Assembly: GCA_018713005.1 (NCBI GenBank)
Contig: DVFX01000015.1
Span: forward strand, 10,699 to 74,698
Source: Candidatus Scatomorpha gallistercoris
GTDB taxonomy: Bacteria; Bacillota; Clostridia; Oscillospirales; Oscillospiraceae
DNA: 64,000 nt
Direction of reading: 5' to 3'
The position numbers were made by a program, and so were the translations under genes. Shown here one piece after another: positions 56,019 through 64,000 of this stretch. A model generated the notes under the pieces. It worked only from the letters and a program-made list of their open reading frames with translations. It ran no database searches and had not been told where the DNA came from. Within the stretch, counting starts at the first letter, position 1. Each line of letters begins with the position of its first letter.

Positions 56019-56047
56019 ATTATAGCTCAGTTTGTGTATATTATCAA
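56019..56047 (-). promoter_or_regulatory. Sigma-A promoter for degV (TTGATA-17-TATAAT)
   Basis: Read on the minus strand it is TTGATAatatacacaaactgagcTATAAT. Confidence 0.65.
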
Positions 56048-56188
56048 TAGTTAATTCGCACAAACCAAGAGCCCCGCAGCTGCTCGGGCGCATATGGGGG
56101 AAAAGACGGATTTTGCCGGAAGCCGGCCTCATCCAGAGACAGGATGGAGTATACATGCAAAAAATACGCACAAAGTTGGTTTCGGTCG

Positions 56189-56217
56189 TTGAAAAGCTCA
56201 CCGGCGGATGCTATACT
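56189..56217 (+). promoter_or_regulatory. Sigma-A promoter for the second transketolase pair (TTGAAA-17-TGcTATACT)
   Basis: The sequence is TTGAAAagctcaccggcggatgcTATACT, 39 nt before ATG 56256. Confidence 0.65.
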
Positions 56218-56255
56218 GTTTACATGCAAATCCCACTGGTATAGGAGGAGGAAAC

Positions 56256-57092
56256 ATGACTGCAAAAGAGCTTGAGCTGACAGCGGCCAAAGGCAGGCTG
56301 CTGGCGCTTGAAATGGTCTATCGCGCCGCGAGCGGACACATCGGCGGCTCCCTGAGCGCAATGGACGCACTGACGGAGCTGTACTTCGAGGAGCTCCGCA
56401 TCGACCCCGCCGAACCGAAGGACCCCGACCGCGACCGCTTCGTAATGAGCAAGGGTCACTGCACCCCTGCGCTCTACGCTGTGCTCGCGCTGCGCGGGTA
56501 TTTTGACGAGAGTGATCTGGGGCTCTTCCGCTCCATCAAGGGCCACTACTCCGGACACCCCGATATGGTGCACGTCAAGGGCGTAGACATGTCCACCGGC
56601 TCGCTGGGTCAGGGGCTCGCCGCCGCGGGCGGAATGGCCCTGGCGGGGAAGCTGGACAAGAAGGACTACCGCGTCTACGCGATGATGGGTGACGGTGAGA
56701 TTGAGGAGGGCGAGATATGGGAGGCCGCGATGGCCATCCACAAGTACAAGCTCGACAACCTCTGCGGCATAGTCGACGTGAACGGACTGCAGATTGACGG
56801 CGCTACCGCCGACGTCATGCCCTCCGAGCCGCTGGACGCCAAGTTCGCCGCCTTCGGCTGGCACGTCATCAAGGCCGACGGCCACGATTTCGATTCCCTG
56901 CGCGCCGCGCTGGCCGAGGCCCGTGAGACCAAGGGCGCGCCCAGCGTCATACTGATGAGGACCGTGAAAGGCAAAGGCGTGTCCTTCATGGAGAACAACG
57001 CCGGCTGGCACGGCAAGGCTCCCAACGCCGAGCAGTACGAGCAGGCAAAGGCTGAGCTCAGCTCGGCCATAGCGAAACTGGAGGTGGAATGA
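56256..57092 (+). CDS. Transketolase, N-terminal (TPP-binding) subunit, copy 2
   Basis: It contains SGHIGGSLS, DRFVMSKGH and GDGEIEEGEIWEA. The start is at ATG 56256 after AGGAGGAGG. Confidence 0.9.
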   Translation: MTAKELELTAAKGRLLALEMVYRAASGHIGGSLSAMDALTELYFEELRIDPAEPKDPDRDRFVMSKGHCTPALYAVLALRGYFDESDLGLFRSIKGHYSGHPDMVHVKGVDMSTGSLGQGLAAAGGMALAGKLDKKDYRVYAMMGDGEIEEGEIWEAAMAIHKYKLDNLCGIVDVNGLQIDGATADVMPSEPLDAKFAAFGWHVIKADGHDFDSLRAALAEARETKGAPSVILMRTVKGKGVSFMENNAGWHGKAPNAEQYEQAKAELSSAIAKLEVE

Positions 57093-57093
57093 G

Positions 57094-58041
57094 ATGGAGA
57101 AGATAGCAACACGCGGAGCGTACGGTGAAGAGCTGGTGGCTCTCGCCGAGCAGTATCCCGAGCTTGTCGTCCTCGACGCCGACCTCTCCAGCGCCACGAT
57201 GACCAAGTCCTTCGCGGCCAAGTACCCGGAGCGCTTCTTCGACATGGGCATAGCCGAGGCGGACATGATGGGCTTTGCGGCCGGTCTCGCCACCTGCGGC
57301 AAGAAGCCCTTTGCTAACTCTTTCGCCATGTTCACCGCGGGCAGGGCCTGGGAACAGGTGCGCAACTCCATTGCCTACCCGCACCTGAACGTAAAGTGCG
57401 TCGGCTCTCACGGCGGCCTCTCCGTCGGCGAGGACGGCGCTACCCACCAGTGCGTCGAGGACCTGGCGCTGATGAGCGCCATCCCCGGAATGGTGGTTGT
57501 GAACCCCTGCGACGGCCCCGAAATGCGCAAGGCGGTAAAGGCCCTGCTCGACTACGAGGGTCCGGCATACCTGCGCCTCGGCCGCATGGCTGTTGAGAGC
57601 GTCACGGACGAGACCCCGGGCTATAAGTTCACCCTCGGCAAGGCCGCGCTGCTCCGTGACGGCAGCGATGTAACGCTTGCCGCCACCGGCCTCATGGTCC
57701 AGCGCGCCCTCGCTGCGGCGGATATCCTCGCCGCCAAGGGCCTATCCGCCCGCGTACTCGACATCCACACGATAAAGCCGCTCGACACCGAGGCCATCCT
57801 TGCCGCCGCGCGAGACACCGGCTGCATCGTCACCAGCGAGGAGCACAGCATCATAGGCGGCCTGGGCAGCGCCGTGGCCGCAGTCTGCGCCGAAAACTGC
57901 CCCGTGCCGGTGGTACGCCACGGCGTGATGGACGAGTTCGGCCGCAGCGGCAAGGCCCTGGAGGTGCTCGAGCACTACGGCCTCACCGCCGAGGTCATGG
58001 CGGAGAAGGCCGAGCGCGCGATAGCGCTGAAAAAGAAGTAA
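57094..58041 (+). CDS. Transketolase, C-terminal (pyrimidine-binding) subunit, copy 2
   Basis: It contains RGAYGEELVALA..., GIAEADMMGFAAGLA and GATHQCVEDL. Confidence 0.9.
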   Translation: MEKIATRGAYGEELVALAEQYPELVVLDADLSSATMTKSFAAKYPERFFDMGIAEADMMGFAAGLATCGKKPFANSFAMFTAGRAWEQVRNSIAYPHLNVKCVGSHGGLSVGEDGATHQCVEDLALMSAIPGMVVVNPCDGPEMRKAVKALLDYEGPAYLRLGRMAVESVTDETPGYKFTLGKAALLRDGSDVTLAATGLMVQRALAAADILAAKGLSARVLDIHTIKPLDTEAILAAARDTGCIVTSEEHSIIGGLGSAVAAVCAENCPVPVVRHGVMDEFGRSGKALEVLEHYGLTAEVMAEKAERAIALKKK

Positions 58042-58073
58042 GTCGTTAAATTATCTACAAGCTTGGCGCTGAT

Positions 58074-58092
58074 TTGCACAGTTATTGTGCAA
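58074..58092. promoter_or_regulatory. Perfect inverted repeat TTGCACA-N5-TGTGCAA, a candidate operator
   Basis: It has 7-bp arms and sits in the AT-rich spacer between tkt copy 2 and glpK. It is followed by the direct repeat GTTGAAAATTT/GTTGAAATTTT (58096-58117). Confidence 0.35.
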
Positions 58093-58207
58093 TCAGTTGA
58101 AAATTTGTTGAAATTTTCATAGCTTTTAATAATTGAATTTACACTGCCTGAGGGACTAAAATAAAGTAGTCCAATATGTACACAGTGGGCAGAGAAGGGA
58201 AAGGCAT

Positions 58208-58251
58208 GTGCGGACACGGGGCTATACCCGGAGTCCGCACTGCTTATTTTT
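58208..58251 (+). terminator. Leader terminator or attenuator upstream of glpK
   Basis: An 8-bp stem GTGCGGAC/GTCCGCAC encloses a 4-bp helix CGGG/CCCG with a hexaloop, followed by TGCTTATTTTT. It ends 46 nt before the glpK start. Confidence 0.6.
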
Positions 58252-58296
58252 ACGCCGCAGCCGGGGGAGCATGCGCGGGTGAAAGGATGATGACGG

Positions 58297-59787
58297 GTGA
58301 AGTACATAATGGCGCTCGACCAGGGCACCACCAGCTCACGCTGCCTGATATTCGATTACAGCGGGCGCATATGCTCGCTCGCGCAGAAGGAGTTCACGCA
58401 GTACTATCCGCAGCCCGGCTGGGTCGAGCACGACCCGGAGGAGATATGGGACACCACGCTCGAGGTGGCCCGCACAGCCATGCTGAAAATGAAGGTTCCG
58501 GCGCGGGACATAGCCGCGATAGGCATCACGAACCAGCGCGAGACCACCGTGGTTTGGGACAGAAACACCGGCGAGCCGGTCTGCAACGCCATAGTTTGGC
58601 AGTGCCGCCGCACCAGCGGAATGGTGGACGAGCTCGTCGATGCCGGATACTCCGACTTGATACGCTCCAAGACCGGCCTCATACCCGACGCCTACTTTTC
58701 GGGTACCAAGCTGCGCTGGATACTCGATAACGTCCCGGGCGCGCGCGAGCGGGCCGAGGCGGGGGAGCTGCTGTTCGGCACGGTGGACACCTGGCTCATC
58801 TGGAAGCTCACCGGGGGACGGGCGCACGTCACGGATTACACTAACGCCTCGCGCACCATGCTATTCGACATACACCGCCTGTGCTGGGACAGCGAGCTTT
58901 TAAAGCTCCTGGACATACCGGAGTGCATGCTGCCGGAGGTCAGGCCTTCGAGCCAGGTTTACGGCTGGACGAAGTACGAGCTCTTCGGCGGGGAAATACC
59001 CGTTGCGGGCGCGGCGGGCGACCAGCAGAGCGCGCTCTTCGGCCAGTGTTGTTTTGAGCCCGGTGACATGAAGAACACCTACGGCACAGGCTGCTTCCTG
59101 CTAATGAACACGGGCGGCGAGCCGGTGATGAGCCGCAGCGGGCTGCTGACTACGGTCGCGGCCACCCTGCCGGGCCAGGTGCAGTATGCGCTCGAGGGCA
59201 GCGTGTTCACCGCCGGCGCGGCCGTGCAGTGGCTGCGCGACGAGCTGGGCGTCATATCCTCGGCGGCGGAGTCGCAGGAGTATGCCGAGAGCGTCCCCGA
59301 CACGGCGGGCGTGTACGTTGTTCCGGCCTTTACGGGACTGGGCGCACCGTATTGGGATCAGTACGCGCGCGGCATGATAACCGGCGTAACGCGCGGCTTC
59401 TCGAGGGCGCATCTGGTGCGCGCCACGCTCGAGAGCATAGCCTACCAGACCGTGGACATCTGCGCCGCAATGCAGACCGACGCGGGCGTACCGCTTACGG
59501 AACTGAAGGTGGACGGCGGGGCCTCGGCCAACGGCTTCCTGATGCAGTTCCAGGCGGACGTGCTCGGCTCCGAAGTCGTGCGTCCCAAGTGCATAGAGAC
59601 CACCGCAATGGGCGCGGCGTATCTCGCCGGACTCGCGGTCGGGTACTGGAAGGGGCTGGACGATGTGCGCGCGAGCTGGGAAACGGACAAGACTTTTGCC
59701 CCGCAGATGGACGGCTCAAGGCGTGAAGAGCTGCTCAGCGGCTGGAAGAAGGCGGTCAGGTGTGCTCTGACGTGGTCGGAGAGCTGA
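58297..59787 (+). CDS. glpK: Glycerol kinase
   Basis: The canonical GlpK sequence is present ([60 protein letters not shown]). The start is GTG 58297 after AAAGGA. Confidence 0.95.
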   Translation: MKYIMALDQGTTSSRCLIFDYSGRICSLAQKEFTQYYPQPGWVEHDPEEIWDTTLEVARTAMLKMKVPARDIAAIGITNQRETTVVWDRNTGEPVCNAIVWQCRRTSGMVDELVDAGYSDLIRSKTGLIPDAYFSGTKLRWILDNVPGARERAEAGELLFGTVDTWLIWKLTGGRAHVTDYTNASRTMLFDIHRLCWDSELLKLLDIPECMLPEVRPSSQVYGWTKYELFGGEIPVAGAAGDQQSALFGQCCFEPGDMKNTYGTGCFLLMNTGGEPVMSRSGLLTTVAATLPGQVQYALEGSVFTAGAAVQWLRDELGVISSAAESQEYAESVPDTAGVYVVPAFTGLGAPYWDQYARGMITGVTRGFSRAHLVRATLESIAYQTVDICAAMQTDAGVPLTELKVDGGASANGFLMQFQADVLGSEVVRPKCIETTAMGAAYLAGLAVGYWKGLDDVRASWETDKTFAPQMDGSRREELLSGWKKAVRCALTWSES

Positions 59788-59794
59788 GCGGGGC

Positions 59795-59823
59795 TTGCAC
59801 GGTATGTTAAACTGTGGTAAAGT
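59795..59823 (+). promoter_or_regulatory. Candidate promoter (TTGCAC-17-TGgTAAAGT)
   Basis: The sequence is TTGCACggtatgttaaactgtggTAAAGT, about 160 nt upstream of the next gene. Confidence 0.4.
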
Positions 59824-59981
59824 CTTGCGGAGAGAAATTTTACGCACCGCGGGCGCGCTGCGATAACGGCATAGCGAACGGCGCCTGAAGCTTCGCGCAT
59901 GCCGGCTGTCTGGGCGCGCACTGAGACTTCAGGCCGTGCCTTTGCACAGCAAAAAGGAGCTCTTTTGGAGGGAGACAAAGC

Positions 59982-61223
59982 ATGATACTAGATACCTCAC
60001 GCTACTCCGGGAAGTGTGAATGCGGGCGGGAACACCCGCTTGAGACCAAGCTGGTGGCCGTGGAATACGGCTGCCTGAACGACTTCGACAAATACATGGA
60101 CGAGTACGGCCTGACCGGCCGGCGCACCGTCCTCTACGATACCAACACCTACAACCTGCCAGGCATGATACATGTGCGCGCGGACAAGGAGATAGTGCTG
60201 GAGGCAAAGGGCCTGCACTCCGAGAAGAACATGATAGAGTCCGTCACGCCGATGCTGGACAACCCCGATGTGATAATTACTGTGGGCAGCGGGACGCTGA
60301 TGGACTTCGCCAGGTACAACGCCTATCACATGGGCATACCCTTCGTGGCCGTGCCGACGCTGGCCAGCTCCGACGGCTTCACCGCCAACGTCTGCTCCAT
60401 CGTCATAGACGGGCACAAGGAGTCCATCCCCATGTGCGCCCCGGCCATGGTCCTGGCCGACCTGAACATAATTTCCGCCGCGCCGACGCATCTGACGGTG
60501 AGCGGCATAGCGGACATATTGGCCAAGAACATATCCCTCGCCGACTGGCTCATAGCTCACATAGTCTCCGGTGAGTACTACTGCGAGCGCACGGCGGGCG
60601 TGGCCCGCAGGGGGCTGGAGCTCATGACGAAGTGCACCTACGGCCTGCTTAACGGAGAGACGCCGGACTATGAGGGCATGGCGACGGCGCAGATGCTGGC
60701 CGGCCTCTCCATGCAGCTGCTGGGCAACTCCCGCGCCGCCTCCGGCGCCGAGCACCTCATAGCCCACCTAGTGGAAATGAAGCCGCCCAGGTTTGAAAAC
60801 GCGCACGGCGTACACGGTGAGTGCGTCGGCGTGGGTACCGTGCTCTGCGCCGAGGAGTACCACCGCCTGGCAAAGCTAAAGCCGAAGGCAAAGCCCTTCG
60901 AGCCGCTCAGCGAGGACTGGATACGCGAGAAGTTCGGGCCGCTGGCCGATAAGATTATCAGCGTCAACGCCGACGACGTGCTGGGTACCTTCGATTCGCA
61001 GAACATAGTAGACCACTGGGACGAGATATGCGAGATAATCGCAGGCATACCCACGGCGGAGGAGTTCACGGCCATACTCAAGGGCCTGGGCGGCAAGTAC
61101 CGTCTCTCCGACATCGGTATAGACGAGAGCCTGAAGCCGGAAGTGCTGGATATCTCTTCGGCGATAAGAAACCGCCTTACCCTGGCGCGCATGCGCAGGG
61201 TATTGGACTTCGGGGAGGATTGA
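59982..61223 (+). CDS. sn-Glycerol-1-phosphate dehydrogenase-like iron-containing alcohol dehydrogenase family protein (AraM/EgsA-like)
   Basis: It contains GSGTLMDFARY...PFVAVPTLASSDGF...GIADILAKNISLADW...GAEHLIAH...HGECVG. These are typical of the Fe-ADH_2/G1PDH family, judged from memory. Confidence 0.75.
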   Translation: MILDTSRYSGKCECGREHPLETKLVAVEYGCLNDFDKYMDEYGLTGRRTVLYDTNTYNLPGMIHVRADKEIVLEAKGLHSEKNMIESVTPMLDNPDVIITVGSGTLMDFARYNAYHMGIPFVAVPTLASSDGFTANVCSIVIDGHKESIPMCAPAMVLADLNIISAAPTHLTVSGIADILAKNISLADWLIAHIVSGEYYCERTAGVARRGLELMTKCTYGLLNGETPDYEGMATAQMLAGLSMQLLGNSRAASGAEHLIAHLVEMKPPRFENAHGVHGECVGVGTVLCAEEYHRLAKLKPKAKPFEPLSEDWIREKFGPLADKIISVNADDVLGTFDSQNIVDHWDEICEIIAGIPTAEEFTAILKGLGGKYRLSDIGIDESLKPEVLDISSAIRNRLTLARMRRVLDFGED

Positions 61224-61224
61224 A

Positions 61225-61818
61225 ATGAAAATCTGCGTTTTCGGCGCTTCCAGCCGTGACCTGAAGCAGGTCTATTACGACGAGGCCTTCGCCCTCGGCG
61301 CCATACTGGCGAAGCGCGGCCACTCCATAGTTTTTGGCGGCGGTACAAGCGGGCTGATGGGCTCGGCGGCGCGCGGCGCGAAGAGCCAGGGCGGCTATCT
61401 GATCGGCGTCGCGCCCAAGTTCTTCGATGAGCCGGGCGTGCTGTACGAGGGCTGCGACGAAATGGTGTTTACTGAGACAATGTCCGAGCGCAAGAAGGCC
61501 ATGGAGGACATGTCCGATGCCTTCATCACTCTGCCGGGCGGCATAGGCACCTTCGAGGAGTTCTTCGAGGCGCTGACGCTCAAGCAGCTGGGCCGTCACG
61601 CCAAGGCCATGGCAGTGCTGAACACCAACGGCTACTACGACGCGATGGAAGCCATGATACAGCGCGCCGTGAGGGAGGAGTTCTTTACCGCCAGCGGCCG
61701 TGCGCTCTACGAGATGTTCGAGGACGCGGCGCTGCTGGTGAACTACATAGAGCACTACGAGTCGGAGCCGGAAGAGGTTTGGAAAGAAAAAATCTTCGGC
61801 AACTACACAAAAGAGTGA
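61225..61818 (+). CDS. LOG-family (TIGR00730) nucleotide 5'-monophosphate nucleosidase / Rossmann-fold protein
   Basis: It contains VFGGGTSGLMG and the PGGIGTFEEFFEA motif. Confidence 0.85.
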   Translation: MKICVFGASSRDLKQVYYDEAFALGAILAKRGHSIVFGGGTSGLMGSAARGAKSQGGYLIGVAPKFFDEPGVLYEGCDEMVFTETMSERKKAMEDMSDAFITLPGGIGTFEEFFEALTLKQLGRHAKAMAVLNTNGYYDAMEAMIQRAVREEFFTASGRALYEMFEDAALLVNYIEHYESEPEEVWKEKIFGNYTKE

Positions 61819-61846
61819 AAAGCGGGCCATCTGGCCCGCTTTTTTG
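61817..61846 (+). terminator. Rho-independent terminator
   Basis: The stem AAAAGCGGGCC/GGCCCGCTTTT is followed by a T tract. Confidence 0.85.
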
Positions 61847-61879
61847 TCGCCTTAGATGATGTACGGCCTTTGCTTATCC

Positions 61880-62059
61880 TTAGGGCCTGAGCGGGCCGTA
61901 GAAATAGCTGGCAGTCGCGCCCCCGTCGATGAGGAAGTCAGCGCCGGTAATGAACGCGCCCTTGCCGCCCATCAGAAGCTCGGCGACGTTCGCCACCTCG
62001 TCGGGAGTTCCAGGGCGTCCCGCTGGACATTTCGTAAACATGTTTTTGTAGAAGCCGCC
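61880..62059 (-). pseudogene. Remnant of the 3' end of a short-chain dehydrogenase/reductase (SDR) gene
   Basis: My own minus-strand translation ends ...CPAGRPGTPDEVANVAELLMGGKGAFITGADFLIDGGATASYFYGPLRP*, a typical SDR C terminus. There is no upstream Rossmann or catalytic part. Confidence 0.6.
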
Positions 62060-62067
62060 GTGTCCAC

Positions 62068-62148
62068 CTACTTGACGCGCTCTGCGGCCTCCGTGAAGCT
62101 GCCGGTTTCCACCACGGCTGCGAAATATTGCATCTGCCTGAGCAGCAT
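62068..62148 (-). pseudogene. Remnant of the 5' end of a LysR-family regulator gene (26 codons)
   Basis: My own translation is MLLRQMQYFAAVVETGSFTEAAERVK*, the start of a LysR HTH cut by TAG. It lies directly upstream, in another frame, of the SDR remnant. Confidence 0.6.
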
Positions 62149-62216
62149 TGCCAGTCCCCCTTCCGTGTGCGCCTGGATTATATCATGCACGCCCGGTCCC
62201 TTTCAAGCCGCCGGGC

Positions 62217-62245
62217 TTGCAAGAAGTGTGCGGATATTATATAAT
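62217..62245 (+). promoter_or_regulatory. Sigma-A promoter (TTGCAA-17-TATAAT) placed for a leaderless capA-like mRNA
   Basis: The sequence is TTGCAAgaagtgtgcggatattaTATAAT. The ATG at 62253 lies 7 nt after the -10, and no SD is present. Confidence 0.5.
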
Positions 62246-62252
62246 CTTGCCC

Positions 62253-63428
62253 ATGAGAAGGACAGCTATATCTTTTGTCCTCGCCGCAGCGCTGCTGTTG
62301 ACAGCCTGCTCCGCGAGGCCCAGCGGAGAATTGCCCGAACCCGAATACACTTCGCCCGCATCCACGCCCGAGCCGGAGGCGACGCCGTCGCCTACGCCGG
62401 AGCCGCCCGAGGACGAATACTTTACCATATCCATGGTGGGCGACTGTACGCTGAGCTCGTCGCAGCGTGAGGACTACTTTGAAACCGTCGTCAACGGGGA
62501 CATGTCCTGGCCCTTTTCGGGTACAAAGCAGTATTTTGAGGACGATTACCTCACCATTGCCAACCTGGAGTGCTCGCTCTCGCACGAAATGCTCTACGGA
62601 AGCGCTACCTTCACTTTCTGCGGCGACGCGGAAAACGCCGAAATGCTCGTGCAGGGAGGAGTGGACTTCGTCACGCTCGGCAACAACCACACGATGGACT
62701 TCGGCCAGACCGGCCTTGACAACACCAAGGGCGTCCTCGAAGAGTACGGCGTCGCCTACGCTGCGCCGGACGCCAGCTACATATACGAAGCAGACGGCGG
62801 CATCACCGTCGGGCTCTATGCCGCGCCCTGGACGGCGTCCCAGGCGCAGGTTGTGAGCGGGGTGTCCGCTCTGGCGGCCAACCCGGATGTGGATATCGTC
62901 ATCTGCCTGATGCACTGGGGAATTGAAGGCTCATACAGACAGAACAGCACTCAGACCTCGACCGCCTATGCGGCGATAAACGCAGGGGCGGACATTGTAT
63001 ACGGCTCGCACCCGCATGTTCTTCAGCCCATAGAGGAATACAACGGCGGATACATAGTGTACTCGCTGGGCAACTACGTCTTTGGCGGCAACACAGCCCC
63101 GCGCGACCGCGACACGGCGATAGTCCAGTTCACGGTAAAGCGCTCCGCCGACGGCAGCGTGTCCGTCGAGGGCTGGGAGGCCATACCCTGCAGCCTGTCC
63201 AGTACCCCTGTGACGAACGATTTCCGGCCGGAGCCGTATGAGGAAGGCAGCGAGGAGTACGAGCGCGCTATGAGCAAGCTGAACGGCACCTTCACAGGCC
63301 CGGATTTGGTTGTAGACTACTCAGAATATGAAGACGAGGGCGAAGCGGGGACTACCGAGCAGCCCGCTCCATCAGCCGCTCCCGAGGACGGCGTCACGGA
63401 AGGGGAGGACGCAGTTGAAACAGAATAG
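62253..63428 (+). CDS. CapA-family lipoprotein (poly-gamma-glutamate synthesis / metallophosphatase-like)
   Basis: It has the lipobox LLLTAC and CapA motifs MVGDCTL, LGNNHTMDFG, HWGIEGS and YSLGNYVFGG. The C-terminal tail is acidic. Confidence 0.85.
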   Translation: MRRTAISFVLAAALLLTACSARPSGELPEPEYTSPASTPEPEATPSPTPEPPEDEYFTISMVGDCTLSSSQREDYFETVVNGDMSWPFSGTKQYFEDDYLTIANLECSLSHEMLYGSATFTFCGDAENAEMLVQGGVDFVTLGNNHTMDFGQTGLDNTKGVLEEYGVAYAAPDASYIYEADGGITVGLYAAPWTASQAQVVSGVSALAANPDVDIVICLMHWGIEGSYRQNSTQTSTAYAAINAGADIVYGSHPHVLQPIEEYNGGYIVYSLGNYVFGGNTAPRDRDTAIVQFTVKRSADGSVSVEGWEAIPCSLSSTPVTNDFRPEPYEEGSEEYERAMSKLNGTFTGPDLVVDYSEYEDEGEAGTTEQPAPSAAPEDGVTEGEDAVETE

Positions 63429-64000
63429 GCCATATCCCGCCGTGACGGTGTCCGCCAAGGCGGAACGCAGCCTGCGCGCCGGGCATCCATGGGTCTACGC
63501 CGATGAGATACGTTCGACTCAGGGGGAGCTCACCGCAGGCGGCATAACCGACGTGTTCACGCTGAAGGGCTCCTGGCTCGGCGCGGGGATATACTCCGCC
63601 GCGAGCAAAATTGCCGTGCGCGTGCTCACGGACAATGCAAACGAGACTTTCAGCGACGCCTTTTTCGAGAGGAGGGTAAAATATGCGCTGGAGTACAGGC
63701 GCATAACCATGGGCGCAGATTTCAACGCCTGCCGCCTCATCTTCGGCGAGGCCGACGGCCTGCCCGGCGTTACGGTGGACAGGTTCGAGGACGTGCTCGT
63801 CACGCAGATACTCTCCTACGGTATGGAGGTGCGCAAGGACATACTCTACCGCGCCCTGGTTACACAGCTCGCAGAGCTGGGCGTCGGGATACGCGGCGTA
63901 TATGAGCGCAGCGAGTCGCCTCTGCGCGCCAAGGAGGGGCTGGAGCCATGCTCCGGCTGGTACGAGGGCCTGCCGCACTCCGGCGGCACTAGCGTGGTCA
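63415..64000 (+). CDS. Class I SAM-dependent rRNA methyltransferase, RlmI-like (PUA-like N-terminal domain). The 3' end is off the window.
   Basis: My own translation from TTG 63415 (6 nt after GGAGG) gives KQNRPYPAVTVSAKAERSLRAGHPWVYADEI...ACRLIFGEADGLPGVTVDRFEDVLV, typical of RlmI/YwbD-type enzymes. Confidence 0.75.
   Translation, partial: MKQNRPYPAVTVSAKAERSLRAGHPWVYADEIRSTQGELTAGGITDVFTLKGSWLGAGIYSAASKIAVRVLTDNANETFSDAFFERRVKYALEYRRITMGADFNACRLIFGEADGLPGVTVDRFEDVLVTQILSYGMEVRKDILYRALVTQLAELGVGIRGVYERSESPLRAKEGLEPCSGWYEGLPHSGGTSVV

Noticed and set aside
61856-62470. A 204-aa plus-strand ORF spans the LOG-capA spacer and the capA 5' end.
   Set aside because: It has no RBS and low-complexity translation. 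The opposite strand carries recognisable LysR and SDR remnants, and the plus-strand capA-like gene starts at 62253 in another frame.

Overview
This is a 64-kb chromosomal segment from a high-GC, endospore-forming Firmicute that looks Clostridia-like. Supporting markers are yabP-yabQ-divIC-yabR, spoIIR, rpmG-secE-nusG-rplK-rplA and murT-gatD. The window is almost fully coding, with about 60 protein genes, mostly housekeeping. They include an HtrA-like protease, a YtrA-type GntR/ABC module, folC, ruvX, proS, tcdA, and a long guaA-cat-phosphatase-pyrG-glmS-purB-purA block followed by murT-gatD. More accessory-looking parts are listed here:
- A two-gene 2-hydroxyacyl-CoA dehydratase cassette.
- An NYN/LOTUS protein followed by two tandem ECF sigma/anti-sigma modules.
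- A TetR-MMPL-YhgE/Pip-like module.
- A FadR-TRAP-split transketolase-oxidoreductase operon.
- A second split transketolase with glpK, a glycerol-1-phosphate-dehydrogenase-like gene and a LOG-family gene.

I recognised no rRNA, tRNA, CRISPR array, transposase, integrase or phage gene. I saw no clear-cut novel multi-gene system such as a defence island. The items most worth follow-up are these:
1. An unassigned GC-rich structured element of about 240 nt, with its own terminator, upstream of folC.
2. The dehydratase cassette, which is bracketed by near-identical palindromic hairpins and has lower GC.
3. A consensus promoter, a terminator/antiterminator-like leader and a small ANTAR gene that overlaps guaA at the head of the nucleotide and glutamine-amidotransferase gene block.
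4. Two uncharacterised split-transketolase loci.
5. A LysR/SDR deletion scar.

Many long antisense ORFs in the supplied track are high-GC artefacts. All domain calls come from reading the translations by eye, and no database search was run.
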